Position numbers and translations under genes: made by a program. A DNA stretch of 63,407 bases, filler included, from Octopus bimaculoides (taxonomy: Eukaryota), in the NCBI RefSeq assembly GCF_001194135.2. It is 8 parts of 7 records of this genome, joined end to end, with 100 filler letters (N's around TTAATTAATTAA, not from the genome) between each part and the next. Parts side by side here need not be neighbours in the genome. Positions count along the whole stretch, not along the records: positions 23,915 to 40,579 come from NC_068993.1; 7 more parts are not named here. One strand, written 5' to 3'. The notes under the pieces were generated by a model that was not told the origin of the DNA, made no database searches, and was given only the letters and a program-made list of their open reading frames with translations. Shown here piece by piece: positions 24,964 through 39,210 of the stretch; positions within the stretch are counted from its first letter, which is position 1; each line of letters opens with the position of its first letter.

Positions 24964-25003
<40 letters not shown>

Positions 25004-25429
25004 AAAAATAGATATTTATAAATAGGAAATTACAAACATATTTATCTTTCGCCAATCAAACGTCGATCTAATTCGACTGACCCCCTCCCCCAAAATTTCG
25101 GGCCTTGTGCCTAGAGAAGAAAAGAATGTTCTGAGTTCAAGTTCCACCGAGGTCGACTTTGCCTTTCATCCTTTCGGGGTCGATAAATCAAGTACCTGTT
25201 GAGCACTGGGGGTCAATGTAATCGACTTATGCCTTCTCCTGAAATTGCTGGCCTTGTGCAAAATTCTTGAAACCAATACGAATTAGTGTTAAATTTGGCA
25301 AAGCTTATCACGAGTTCAAATTCCGCCAAGGTTCGATAAAGTAAAACACCAATCAAATACTAGGTTTGGTGGTGTCATCTAACTCCTTAAAATTTCTGAC
25401 CTTGCGCCTAAATTAGAAGACCTTACGAT

Positions 25430-25601
25430 CATCTTTGTCATCATCATCATCATCATCACTGTCGGCGTTGGCATTGTCATTGTCGTCAATGTCGCCACCA
25501 CCATGACCACCACATCGAAACTGAAAGGATGGGTCGAGGAAAGGATGATGATAATGATGATGATGATGATGATGAAGATGATAATAATAATTATTATTTT
25601 T

Positions 25602-25653
<52 letters not shown>

Positions 25654-25654
25654 C

Positions 25655-25711
<57 letters not shown>

Positions 25712-25712
25712 C
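25430..25712. repeat. Compound trinucleotide microsatellite (TCA)n/(GAT)n/(TTA)n
   Basis: Seen directly in the sequence. Confidence 0.95.
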
Positions 25713-25928
25713 AAGGCAGTGAGGGGGCAGAATCGTTAGCACAGTGAACGAAATGCTTAGCGGTATTTGGTTCGGATTTACGCTCTAAGTTCAAATTCCA
25801 TCGAGGTCGACTTTGCTTTTCATCCTGTTGAGGTCGATAAATCAAGTACCAGTAAAACACAGGGGTCGATGTAATCGATTACCCCCGCCCCCCAAATTTC
25901 AGGCTTTGTGCCTATAATAGATTTATTA

Positions 25929-25967
<39 letters not shown>

Positions 25968-26115
25968 GTGCAGTAGGACCAGTGGTTGGTAGAATCGGTC
26001 GGGACTCGAGAGAACGTGTGTTGCGGTATCTAGTTGCGTAACCTTTTTTTTTTCTTCGAGGTTCAAATCCCCCCGGTGATCGATTATGCCTTACATCCTT
26101 CCGAAATCGATAATA

Positions 26116-26161
<46 letters not shown>

Positions 26162-26204
26162 GATATATATATAAATACGTCAACACCAGCCCTTTCCCGG
26201 AAAA

Positions 26205-27190
26205 TGTTTGATGTGGCTGTGCGGTAAGAAGTTTCCTTCCCAACCACATGTTTCAGAGTTCAGTCCCACCGAGTGGCACCTTGGGTAAGTGTCTTCTACT
26301 AAGGCTTTGGCACGACAAAAGCTTTGTGAGTGGATTTGGTAAACAGAAACTAAAAAGAAGCCCATCGTGTGTATGTGTCTGTGTATGTCTCCTTCCACCG
26401 CTTGACAACTGGTATTGATGTGTTCAATTCCCCGTAAATTAGCGGTTCGGCAACAGAGTTCGATAGAATAAGTACTAAGCTTCAAATAAATAAACAAATA
26501 ATAAATAAAAATGAGATAAAATAAAAAAATATTAGGCACAGAAGTGGCTGTGTGGTAAGTAGCTTGCTTACCAGCCACATGGTTCCGGGTTCAGTCCCAC
26601 TGCGTGGCACCTTGGGCAAGTATCTTCTACTATAGCCTCAGGCCGACCAAAGCCTTGTGAGTGGATTTGGTAGAGAGAAACTGAAAGTAGACCGTCGTAT
26701 ATATGTGTGTGTGTGTGTGTGTGTNNNNNNNNNNNNNNNNNNNNNNNNNNNNNNNNNNNNNNNNNNNNNNNNNNNNNNNNNNNNNNNNNNNNNNNNNNNN
26801 NNNNNNNNNNNNNNNNNNNNNNNNNNNNNNNNNNNNNNNNNNNNNNNNNNNNNNNNNNNNNNNNNNNNNNNNNNNNNNNNNNNNNNNNNNNNNNNNNNNN
26901 NNNNNNNNNNNNNNNNNNNNNNNNNNNNNNNNNNNNNNNNNNNNNNNNNNNNNNNNNNNNNNNNNNNNNNNNNNNNNNNNNNNNNNNNNNNNNNNNNNNN
27001 NNNNNNNNNNNNNNNNNNNNNNNNNNNNNNNNNNNNNNNNNNNNNNNNNNNNNNNNNNNNNNNNNNNNNNNNNNNNNNNNNNNNNNNNNNNNNNNNNNNN
27101 NNNNNNNNNNNNNNNNNNNNATTTGTTCGACTAAAGGCGGTGCTCCAGCATGGCCGCAGTCAAATGACTGAAACAAGTAAAAGAATAAAA
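26205..27190 (+). mobile_element. Two consecutive family-B SINEs, the second spanning a gap
   Basis: Heads at about 26205 and 26535; tail ctaaaggcggtgctccagcatggccgcagtc after the gap. Confidence 0.85.
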
Positions 27191-28483
27191 GAAAAGAAAG
27201 TACTGGGTCAATTCGTTCGACTAAAAACCCTTCAAGTTTGTGACCCCTCCTACCAGCATGGGCCGCAGTTTAATGAATAAAACAAGCTAAAGAAAGAAGA
27301 TTGTTGATTTATTGTCGTTGTGTTATTGTCAATGTTATTATTATTATTGTTGTTGTTATTGTTAAAAGTTTGTGTCTTTTTTTTTTTTTTGCTGATTGAA
27401 TACACTCAGAAAATATGGCAAATTTCTCTTACTTCTGTTTACCGAAAGTCGATCCGAACGGTAGCACCATGTTTCTTGGTGGCGTGGAATCATCATGCAT
27501 GATTGATCGAAGACTCGTCGTCGTCTCTCTCTTTCTATATATATATATACGTATTTGTATGTCCCTGACTCCGAGTAGACTGTCCTGTTTCGTTTAAAGA
27601 CTTCAGATTAGATAAGATAAAATAATCCTTTCCTCCGTGTCTCGCGTACGATGAGGAAATAAACGTTAAGGTGAGAGGCATTTGGTGATGTAGGAAAAGT
27701 AAAGAGGCTGGCGGGGATTGGGGGTGCGAGAGAGGCTGTGGGAGTGATGGTGGTAGGGGTGGTGGTGGTGGTATTGGTGATTGGTGGTGTTGGTGATGAT
27801 GGTGGTGGTGGTGGTGGTGCCGCCAAGAGTTAAGTAGTTGGCAACATGTATGGGAGTGTAAGTTACTACAAGTACCAGTGAGTGTATGTGTGTGTATGTG
27901 TGTGTGTGTGCGCGTACGTGCACATCTGGTCATGTGCGTGTACAACAGTCCACATGTATGTGTGCGTGTGTGTGTGTGAGAGAGAGAGACAGAAAGCGAG
28001 TGGAGAAAATATGTGTGTATGTGTGTGTACGTGTGTGTGTGTGTGCGTGCGTGCGTGCAGGAGTATCTTGTGTTGCACCCCGGTGGAAGTTAGTAGTTCA
28101 AGAACAGCTGTTTCTTTATATANNNNNNNNNNNNNNNNNNNNNNNNNNNNNNNNNNNNNNNNNNNNNNNNNNNNNNNNNNNNNNNNNNTATATATATATG
28201 TGTGTATGTATATATATATATTCATTTATTTATGTGTGTGTATGTGTGTGTGTGTATGTATGTATGTATGTATGTATGTCATATATATATATATATATGT
28301 ATGCATTAATATATGTATATATATACACGCACACACACACATGCACACACATATGCATGCATATACTACACACACACACACACACACACAGAGAAACGCA
28401 AGTACAAAACTTTCTTCAAATGGCTGTGAAACTTCTTCACTAGACTCCCCTTATACCTACACCCCTCACTCACTCTCTGTCTT

Positions 28484-28524
<41 letters not shown>

Positions 28525-30200
28525 AAATGCTACTCACACAACTCTTTACTGTGCCCCCACCCTCACTTTCACCTACAATGACATATACACAAACTAATTT
28601 ACGGTCCATTTTGTTTTTATCTCCCCCTCTCTCACTCTCGTTTGTTTTCTGGCTCTTCTGTCTCCTCCACCTCCCCTCCTCCCTCTCTCTCACTTTCCTC
28701 TCTCTTAATCTCTTAATCTCTCTTTACACACTCAATTTACTTCGTACTTCTCTGTCTATTTGTCTCTCTCTCTCACACAAGCACACAAACAACACACACA
28801 ATCACGTACAAACACACACAACCACGTACAAACACACACGCACGCACACACACGCAAATATGTATATATGTGTATATATATATTATACATACGTGAATAC
28901 ATCTACACATACCAACACACATACATATACATTCACTCATGCACACACATAGTCGCGCACGCACACACGCATATTTATATATGGGACAATAGGCAGTCGC
29001 GTCTTCTACGTGGTCGCTTGTCATGTTCGACATGGCAGACAAATTATCATCAAACTACACGTTACCATCTTAGAAAAGAGAAGGACAATTGGTTTACATG
29101 GTCTTCGATCCATTGTATACAAATAAGAAGGGACGGACAAGAGTACAATTTGTACTCTTAATTTTATTGTGCGATTCTCTTCTTCTAAACTATTTGCTAC
29201 CTTGCATACTTCTACCGAAGTTACTCAGTACCTAAATGTACCTCGTACCCCACTTTGTCTCTGTCTCTCTCGATCTGTTGCCAAGGACACTCGCGCAAGA
29301 TTCCGTCAATGGCGTTGAGGAATATATTAGAAACGAAAAACTCGGAGTCGACGCACAACTCAGAATAAATAGACTTCACTATATTAACGAAGTGTTTTTT
29401 TTTCTCTCATCTGTACCTACAAATGCTTTAGGTAAGTCTTGATCCAGCAGACCTACCATCAAACCATTCTATTCTAGCCGTGGCCCTCCCGTCTTCTCTT
29501 CACATGCAATGCCTCATGTATTTCATAGTACAAGAATGTACTTTTTGTTAAATGTACTTTTTGTTAAAGAAGGTATGCTTTGAGATAAATTCTGCTATTC
29601 TTTCTATCGTAAATGACCGACCTGTCGTAAAGGAAGCGTGTATCGTGCAGGAACAGAAGTTAGAGAGGTATATAAGAAAGCTCCAACAGTGAAGTTAGAC
29701 GGTCCCTTACAGTTTCCTTAAGCGAAAATTCATCTAGTTCGTCAGGCTGCCACATTGAAATCCAGTATTTTTCCAAATTGGCGGTCTGATGAACAGCGTG
29801 AATTTTTCACGTAAGAAAACTGTTTGTCACTGCGAGCGTTGGTTTCAGTCGACCAAATTATATAGAGCGAAATATATATAAGTAATGAGCAGCTATAGTA
29901 AAGAGTAGAAATAGTGTAAGGTATGTAGACAACATAATTGGAGGGGGTTGGGTGGGGGAAAATTGTGATGATGGGTGTGTGTAGTGAACAGGGAGGTGAG
30001 CAGTCGCTGTTTTGTATACACACACACGCACACACACACACACGCACACACACACACNNNNNNNNNNTGTGTGCATACACCAATGTGTCTATGTATATCA
30101 GTGTATGCCTACACTCCTGCAACATCTACTAGTTGTTAATATATTACTGCGGGAAAACCCGTCGTATATGTGTGTGTATATGTGTGTATGTGTGTGTGTG

Positions 30201-30358
30201 TATAATCGTTAAACAGGACGTCAAACGTTACGTAAGGCAAACATCTTAAGTCATATACAACACAGGAAGAAATTTTGAATTTCTTCCTGTAATAATATTG
30301 TATACGACATGAGATGTTTGCCTTGCCTTAACGTTTGACGTCCTGTTTAACAATTATA
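30201..30358. mobile_element. Foldback MITE, about 158 bp, TA ends
   Basis: gttaaacaggacgtcaaacgtta...acaggaagaaatt pairs with aatttcttcctgt...taacgtttgacgtcctgtttaac. Confidence 0.7.
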
Positions 30359-31423
30359 TATCCGCTGCATCGGGAATCTACAATGGCTCCATAACTACCG
30401 TCTCGGCTATAACCTTGGAGCCCCAGTAATCCGTTACAGCACTTACCTAGCGTACCTAATCGTTTAGATCACCTGTGAACTAAAGCCCCATACTTTGCGT
30501 ACCACAATATGTATTCCCGAGCGTCATACTAATATATACTTTTGTTATTTACACCACCTGTCCTCNNNNNNNNNNNNNNNNNNNNNNNNNNNNNNNNNNN
30601 NNNNNNNNNNNNNNNNNNNNNNNNNNNNNNNNNNNNNNNNNNNNNNNNNNNNNNNNNNNNNNNNNNNNNNNNNNNNNNNNNNNNNNNNNNNNNNNNNNNN
30701 NNNNNNNNNNNNNNNNNNNNNNNNNNNNNNNNNNNNNNNNNNNNNNNNNNNNNNNNNNNNNNNNNNNNNNNNNNNNNNNNNNNNNNNNNNNNNNNNNNNN
30801 NNNNNNNNNNNNNNNNNNNNNNNNNNNNNNNNNNNNNNNNNNNNNNNNNNNNNNNNNNNNNNNNNNNNNNNNNNNNNNNNNNNNNNNNNNNNNNNNNNNN
30901 NNNNNNNNNNNNNNNNNNNNNNNNNNNNNNNNNNNNNNNNNNNNNNNNNNNNNNNNNNNNNNNNNNNNNNNNNNNNNNNNNNNNNNNNNNNNNNNNNNNN
31001 NNNNNNNNNNNNNNNNNNNNNNNNNNNNNNNNNNNNNNNNNNNNNNNNNNNNNNNNNNNNNNNNNNNNNNNNNNNNNNNNNNNNNNNNNNNNNNNNNNNN
31101 NNNNNNNNNNNNNNNNNNNNNNNNNNNNNNNNNNNNNNNNNNNNNNNNNNNNNNNNNNNNNNNNNNNNNNNNNNNNNNNNNNNNNNNNNNNNNNNNNNNN
31201 NNNNNNNNNNNNNNNNNNNNNNNNNNNNNNNNNNNNNNNNNNNNNNNNNNNNNNNNNNNNNNNNNNNNNNNNNNNNNNNNNNNNNNNNNNNNNNNNNNNN
31301 NNNNNNNNNNNNNNNNNNNNNNNNNNNNNNNNNNNNNNNNNNNNNNNNNNNNNNNNNNNNNNNNNNNNNNNNNNNNNNNNNNNNNNNNNNNNNNNNNNNN
31401 NNNNNNNNNNNNNNNNNNNNNNN

Positions 31424-31456
<33 letters not shown>

Positions 31457-31476
31457 CATTATTATTATTATTATTA

Positions 31477-31522
<46 letters not shown>

Positions 31523-31551
31523 CATTATTATTATTGCTATTATTATTATTA

Positions 31552-31616
<65 letters not shown>
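31424..31616. repeat. (TAT)n microsatellite
   Basis: Seen directly in the sequence. Confidence 0.95.
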
Positions 31617-32743
31617 GTTTCGAACAGTTTTATGCAAGCTTATACTGCATCTCTAGGTGAACCACCGCGTTCTCATTATTAATGTTGTTATTGCTATTAT
31701 TATTATTATTATTAGATTTTTTTTTTTTAACGATCTGCAAATGTCAGACAAAATGCAAAGTATGACCGACCTTTCAGTAACCTTACGGTAAATGCCAACT
31801 ACAGGTTAAAAGTTTTCAAGACCTTGCTAAACTGGGCCTAAAGAGCGCAACTCATAACAGCATCTCTGTTTTAGCTTTTGCATCGAACACAGCCAAAATG
31901 AGTGGATCTAAAACCTGAAAGTGATCCGAAACGAAACCAGTCGAACTGTTGTGCGTGTGTTGTGTGTGCACGAGCGCGCGCACGTATGTGTGTAGTTATC
32001 TGTCGCGCGCACACACATGTATGCAAGGGACTGAGAATAGAAACAATGCTTATAATAATAGGCGCTCTGGGAATGGTACATCAATGAAACAAATACATGA
32101 CCCAGATCTCAGAACTTGCTAATATTCAGTACAGTCCAGTCAACTCTCACTTTGTTCGCCCGTTCCAACCACACGATTTATTTCACCATTGCAACGAGAC
32201 ATAGAAAGACAATTCGCTCTTCTTTGCTGAAAAACGACGAACGTTGACTGAAGGAAGGACCAAACACGTGTGTAGAGGCTAATATTTTCATAATTTTATT
32301 GACAGTTACATCCTAAGTTCAACGGTGGTGATTTGTGCAGACTGTTCAAATAAGTCACTACCCCGGAAACTTCGAATTCACTCTCAATTATATATATATA
32401 TATATACAGACACACGCGCACGATATATATATATATACTGCATATATATTTGCATGTATGTGTGAGTATATATGTACTTGTGCTTCTAGTATATTTATTT
32501 TTACAATGTACGTACGTAAGAGTCTCAGGCAATTTCCATTTATCTCATGCATTTCTTCTTCCCTCGCCTCTGAGACGAAAATATGATTGATTAAGACATC
32601 TGAGTGTCATAGGATCTACTGCGTGCCCTCCAGCGTATGTCATAANNNNNNNNNNTATATATATACATACATGTATATATATACACTCACATATATATAC
32701 AGACACACACACAAACACACACACACACGCACACACACACACG

Positions 32744-32789
<46 letters not shown>

Positions 32790-34010
32790 CAGACACACGC
32801 GCACGATATATATATATATACTGCATATATATTTGCATGTATGTGTGAGTATATATGTACTTGTGCTTCTAGTATATTTATTTTTACAATGTACGTACGT
32901 AAGAGTCTCAGGCAATTTCCATTTATCTCATGCATTTCTTCTTCCCTCGCCTCTGAGACGAAAATATGATTGATTAAGACATCTGAGTGTCATAGGATCT
33001 ACTGCGTGCCCTCCAGCGTATGTCATAATAGACTCTGACAACAGAGCCTTAGGTGGATGTGCTGAAGTGCTCCACACCTTAGTAATGTGTCACAGAATAC
33101 ACTGAAGTTAATTCTATGTGCTATGACAGCAATCTCTCGTGACACGTTTCTGTCTCCAGTTTTGACTTATTTCCCCGACGTTAAATCCTTTCTATAAACC
33201 TTTGATCAACTATAGCGCCATCCACATAACTTTAGCTTGAGTCTTGTCAGTCAGTGTGTTTCTACGTAGTTACCTTGTCCTGCTTAGTATAGCAGACAAT
33301 CTCTCTTGCTGCAGTTTAACCCCTGGACGACCATGGACGACCCTTTCTAACCGTGAATGTTTTGTCCTTCTATTTTTAAGACAATAATGAAGGCCTCGAA
33401 TTTGGGGGAAGGGATTAAGTCGATTACATCGACCCCAGTGCGTAACTGGTACTTATTTAATCGAACCCGAAAGGATGAAAGGCAAAGTCGACCCCGGCAG
33501 AAGCGGCAGACGAAATACCGCTAAACCAATCTCCCGGCGTGCTAACGATTCTGCCAGCTCGCCGCCTATAATAACAACAACAACAACAACAATAATAATC
33601 CTTTCTTTATTGGCTACAAGGGCCAAGCACAAAGGCATATAGGGACAATACAAAACAAGGGACAAGTAGGGTTTAAAGCAGAGAACGTGTAAACAATAAA
33701 AATCAAAAGCAGTTAAAAAATTAAACAAAAAAAATTCCCCAATAGAGTGGGATTCCACTAAGGGCCAACCAGGGCACCCCATACATCCTGGTCACCCCGA
33801 CTGCCAAGGGTAGGCCAAGTAGGCACCCCTCTTAACCGTGAACTGCTCATAATAATAACAATAACGCAATATAATTTTAAAAATGTCAAATGTTTTGGTG
33901 CATGACTTTTGGCACACCCTGTGTAATAAAAGGGAAGGTGATAATTTCTTTACTATTTCCTCGCAAAGGATTATACAAATACAAAACCGACAAAGATACG
34001 ATGACAATGA

Positions 34011-34043
<33 letters not shown>

Positions 34044-34544
34044 TATATGCAAAAGTCGTAATCAGTGGTTTTTAAGCTCCCCTTTCGGCTCAAATTTACA
34101 CCAGTGGATTTGACTTCATCATTGTTTAGTTCGATCGTAAGACCTCCAGGTTGACACCTCGTTCGCTAATCCCCTACTAATATGGAGATTATAGATAATC
34201 TGATTATCTGACTACGTAGCAGCTCCTCTCCCGCCCACCCTGATGTGTCGCGTGGGTTGGCTAGAGGAAGGTAACGTGCCTATGGTGTACCGATTATAAG
34301 GGTCAGATTCACCTAATGTCCACCGCCACCACCATCACCACTACCACCACCGCCGTCCGTCCGTCCGTCTGTCTGTCTGTCTGTCTATTAACCTTTGTGG
34401 GTACATGTATGTATGTGTGTGTGTGTGTATGTGTCGCTTATATCCTTCCACTTCGGTATGTTTTTGTATGTGTAAAAGTATGTGCAAGATTATGTACCTG
34501 TGTTTCAGTTTCGCGCATATACACTGGCATGCCGCGCACACGCA

Positions 34545-34583
<39 letters not shown>

Positions 34584-36119
34584 ACGCACGCACAAGTACA
34601 CGCACACACAAGAACACGAATATACACTCATACTGCGCACACATATGCCTACTGTATGACAAGCATGTGTATGTATGCGAACATGCATTGACATGCATTG
34701 ATGCGTTGATATATGCGAGTCCTGTACACATGTACGTACGTACGTTTGTATGTGTGTGTGTACGTCTGTTTGTCTGTCTATCTATCTATCTATCTATCTG
34801 TCTGTGTGGTGTACACACACACCTATATAGACATACATACATACTTACATATATATATAGTCTTTAAACTCGCATAAAAATGTCCTTCAGCTACAATTTG
34901 CACTCGGTCATACAATTAGAGTGAAGTAATGAATCACAGCAGTACGACCCCCCACCACTACCTCACCTTACCACCACCACCACAGACACCACCGCCAACA
35001 CCCCGTAAAAGACTTAGAGGGACACGGTAAGGCAAAGATTAGTTAAACTTAATGGAGAGGAAAAAACAGGTCAGAAGTGGGGAGGGAGGAGATGCCAACG
35101 GGAGAAGGAAGAGAAGGTGGGGAAGAAAGGGAGGAGGAGGAGGATGGAACCCCAGAAAATAATGTTTGAAAAGGAACGATGAAGGTAAGACAAAAGAGGC
35201 AGTTACAACTGGGACCAAGGAGATGGAGAAACGGCACTGCGTTCCTGGCTCCCCCTTAAGAGGTCTTTTTTTTATTAAGTACAGTGGGACATACAGTACA
35301 CCATGAAGTATGCATGTGTATGTATGTATGTATGTATGTATGTATGTATGTATGTATGAATGTATGTATGAATATGTATGTGCGTGTGTATATATATATA
35401 TATATATNNNNNNNNNNNNNNNNNNNNNNNNNNNNNNNNNNNNNNNNNNNNNNNNNNNNNNNNNNNNNNNNNNNNNNNNNNNNNNNNNNNNNNNNNNNNN
35501 NNNNNNNNNNNNNNNNNNNNNNNNNNNNNNNNNNNNNNNNNNNNNNNNNNNNNNNNNNNNNNNNNNNNNNNNNNNNNNNNNNNNNNNNNNNNNNNNNNNN
35601 NNNNNNNNNNNNNNNNNNNNNNNNNNNNNNNNNNNNNNNNNNNNNNNNNNNNNNNNNNNNNNNNNNNNNNNNNNNNNNNNNNNNNNNNNNNNNNNNNNNN
35701 NNNNNNNNNNNNNNNNNNNNNNNNNNNNNNNNNNNNNNNNNNNNNNNNNNNNNNNNNNNNNNNNNNNNNNNNNNNNNNNNNNNNNNNNNNNNNNNNNNNN
35801 NNNNNNNNNNNNNNNNNNNNNNNNNNNNNNNNNNNNNNNNNNNNNNNNNNNNNNNNNNNNNNNNNNNNNNNNNNNNNNNNNNNNNNNNNNNNNNNNNNNN
35901 NNNNNNNNNNNNNNNNNNNNNNNNNNNNNNNNNNNNNNNNNNNNNNNNNNNNNNNNNNNNNNNNNNNNNNNNNNNNNNNNNNNNNNNNNNNNNNNNNNNN
36001 NNNNNNNNNNNNNNNNNNNNNNNNNNNNNNNNNNNNNNNNNNNNNNNNNNNNNNNNNNNNNNNNNNNNNNNNNNNNNNNNNNNNNNNNNNNNTATATATA
36101 TATATATATAATACAAATG

Positions 36120-36400
36120 ATATATAAGCATATGCATGTATACATACATATATGTACAAACCTACATCTACATGTATATATAGATGCATATCCGGGTACA
36201 GGACGTTAGAAAAATGAACGGGGACATAAAAACAAAACGGACTTTGCTTACAGACAACAGAACGAACACATAGGAAAACAAACAAGCCACTTATGGAATT
36301 ATTCCTTCATCAGCTGCCTCTCTTCTAAAACTAGGCGTTTCGAAGATAAGGCAGGACGCACTCTTAGAATAGTTTCTTCCTGAGTAGTGGATTAACCCAC
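36120..36400 (+). repeat. Dispersed repeat; partial inverted copy at 39215-39340
   Basis: atgcatatccgggtacaggacgttagaa is the near reverse complement of ttctaacgtcttgtaccctgatatgcat. Confidence 0.6.
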
Positions 36401-37261
36401 TAAATTTATTTTCAAGTCTATTGATCACTTTTGCCGAATCACTAAGTTACGGGGATGGAAACAAACCAAAAACGGTTATGACACGGTGGTGCGGAGTAAA
36501 CACAAACACACACAAATAGTATAACACTAACAATAAAAACTTTAAATTAATGCTTTAATTTAAATCAATCTCACGAGTCATGCCAACAATATATTGACAC
36601 TAACACACTCCAACATCAACACCATCCAGAAGATGAGATCGTGAAGATGTATGATTTTTTTCTGGAGATTTTGACTACTACTTCTAGCAGATCGAACGAC
36701 CACATCAAAGGTCCCTTTGTTGGCTCAAAGAAAGTAGGGGTCGTCTGCATCAGCCCCAATAAAATAAAATGATAATAATGTTGATGTGGGAAGAAGAGAA
36801 TCTTGATGTTTGAAACTGGGTCTGTCTTCGGCGAAGAATTCTTTATTCTTCACGGCACCGTAACATCAACTAGTCGACGCTGTTGAAGTTAATGGTGATG
36901 ATGTTGGTGTTGGAGTTGGTAATGGTGGAGATGGTGGAGGTCTTTATTTCATAGAACTAATTCCAAAGGCAGCTAGTCCTCACTCCAGCTTCCTCTTCCA
37001 CATCTAGTGATATTTTTTAGATGAGGATTCAGAGACAAAGGGGAAGGAAAATTAAAGGAGTGAGAGAGAGAGAGAGAAAGAGAGAAGGGGGAAGAGAGAA
37101 ACTGTAAATAGAGAGAGAGGAAGAGAGAGGGTTTAAGAAACGCTCGAACGGAAGGGCCTGGTTTTTATGAGTTTGAGAATACCAAGAACGCACAAGAAGT
37201 AGAAGGGAGACTATTTTGATAACCCCTACACTCAGATGTAACAGACCGTGTACATATAGGC

Positions 37262-37297
<36 letters not shown>

Positions 37298-37469
37298 GAG
37301 ACACACACACGTGCGCAATATATATACATATACATACATACACACATTAGTCCGTCCGTCGTTGTCGACGAAAGATAAAACATACATACACACATACATC
37401 GTACACATATGTATATATGTAAACACAGATATGGATATAAAGACATATATATATATATACTCTTTTACT

Positions 37470-37727
37470 CTTTTACTTGTTTCAGTCTTTTAACTGCGGC
37501 CATGCTGGAGCACCGCCTTTAGTCGAGCAAATCGACCCCAGGACTTATTCTTTAGAAGCTTAGTACTTATTCTATCGGTCTCTTTTGCCGAACCGCAAAG
37601 TTACGGGGACATAAACACACCAGCATCGGTTGTCAAGCGATGTTGGGGGGACAAACACAGACACACAAACACATACATACATACATATATATATATATAC
37701 GACGGGCTTCTTTCAGTTTCCGTCTAC
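37470..37727 (-). mobile_element. Family-B SINE 3' half
   Basis: Reverse complement of the family-B tail. Confidence 0.8.
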
Positions 37728-38102
37728 NNNNNNNNNNNNNNNNNNNNNNNNNNNNNNNNNNNNNNNNNNNNNNNNNNNNNNNNNNNNNNNNNNNNNNNNN
37801 NNNNNNNNNNNNNNNNNNNNNNNNNNNNNNNNNNNNNNNNNNNNNNNNNNNNNNNNNNNNNNNNNNNNNNNNNNNNNNNNNNNNNNNNNNNNNNNNNNNN
37901 NNNNNNNNNNNNNNNNNNNNNNNNNNNNNNNNNNNNNNNNNNNNNNNNNNNNNNNNNNNNNNNNNNNNNNNNNNNNNNNNNNNNNNNNNNNNNNNNNNNN
38001 NNNNNNNNNNNNNNNNNNNNNNNNNNNNNNNNNNNNNNNNNNNNNNNNNNNNNNNNNNNNNNNNNNNNNNNNNNNNNNNNNNNNNNNNNNNNNNNNNNNN
38101 NN

Positions 38103-38140
<38 letters not shown>

Positions 38141-38603
38141 CATGTATGAAGACATGGATGACACGCATGTGTCATACACGCATGTGTCATAATTACCAAA
38201 TTGTAATTAAAACCAGTTTCACTTGAGAAGGGGGGATAATCACTAGATTCAAGAATTCTCCAAAGCTGACATGCCATTACGAAAAAGTACAGTTGGAGAC
38301 GCGTTTCTGCCTTAATACGCATCATCAGCATGACAATAGCCTAACTTTGTCTCCAGTTGCCAAAGTTTTTTTTTTATACATTTACGAGTGTCTTGTCCAA
38401 GATCCTTCCTTTGTTTTTTAAAACGGTAGACTATGAAATGATAGATTTTGGTTGCTATTTCTAGCAAGTAGAGTGATCACATTGAGGTTTCTTTCTTGAT
38501 TCGCTGTTTAATGGGTTTGTGTGTGTAGGTGTTTGTACGTATGTGTGTAGGTGTGGTGCGTATATGTATGTGTATGTATGTGTAGGTGTGACGTATGTAT
38601 GTT

Positions 38604-38637
<34 letters not shown>

Positions 38638-39044
38638 AGCGCGAGCATTTGACACTGCTTTGATCATTTACGCTAAGTTAATTTCATATCAGCCACCCTT
38701 CCCTGATATCTACCCTCCTCAACTACCCCTTACATCTACCCTCTTCAACCACCGCTCTCATCCACCACCACTCTAAATCCGCTTCTCGTCAACCACCGGC
38801 TTCACCCACCCCTCCTCATTCACTTCTTCTCATCCACCCCGTCCTTATCCAACTCTTTCACTCCGTTCGGTCACTTCCCCTCCTTCATCTACCCGCTTTC
38901 CTCAACACTCTATTTAAGCACTCACTCATTTACCCTTTCTCAGCCAGACCCCTTATCCACCGCTTCCACCCTCTCAGCAACCGTTCCTCAACCGTTCCCT
39001 AAACCATTCTTTCTAGCTACACACTCCTTTATATAGCTTAGTGG

Positions 39045-39210
39045 TTAGTGGTTAGTGGTTAGGAGTGTAGCACTCACGATTGCGAGGTCGTGGGTTCCAT
39101 TCCCAGACCGGGCGTTGCATTGTGTTCTTGGACGAAAGCACTCGGCGATCATTTCGTCATCTGACATGTGGCACATGGTGCACCTGTACAGGAAATGTTG
39201 ATTTGATGTT
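39045..39210 (+). mobile_element. Third tRNA-derived SINE head
   Basis: A box TAGCTTAGTGG and B-box-like GGTTCCATTCC followed by non-tRNA body sequence. Confidence 0.55.

Noticed and set aside
29139-29159. 10-bp-arm palindrome AAGAGTACAA-T-TTGTACTCTT, and a similar GATA palindrome at 34193-34209
   Set aside because: Arms this short are expected by chance in about 55 kb of AT-rich DNA.
32398-33028. Apparently exact ~245-bp direct duplication
   Set aside because: The copies flank a 10-N gap and look identical, typical of unmerged overlapping contig ends. The same pattern occurs at about 53001-53094, 56260-56340 and 56341-56465.
39045-39120. tRNA-like A and B boxes
   Set aside because: No acceptor stem, a triplicated gtggtta, and it continues into SINE body sequence.
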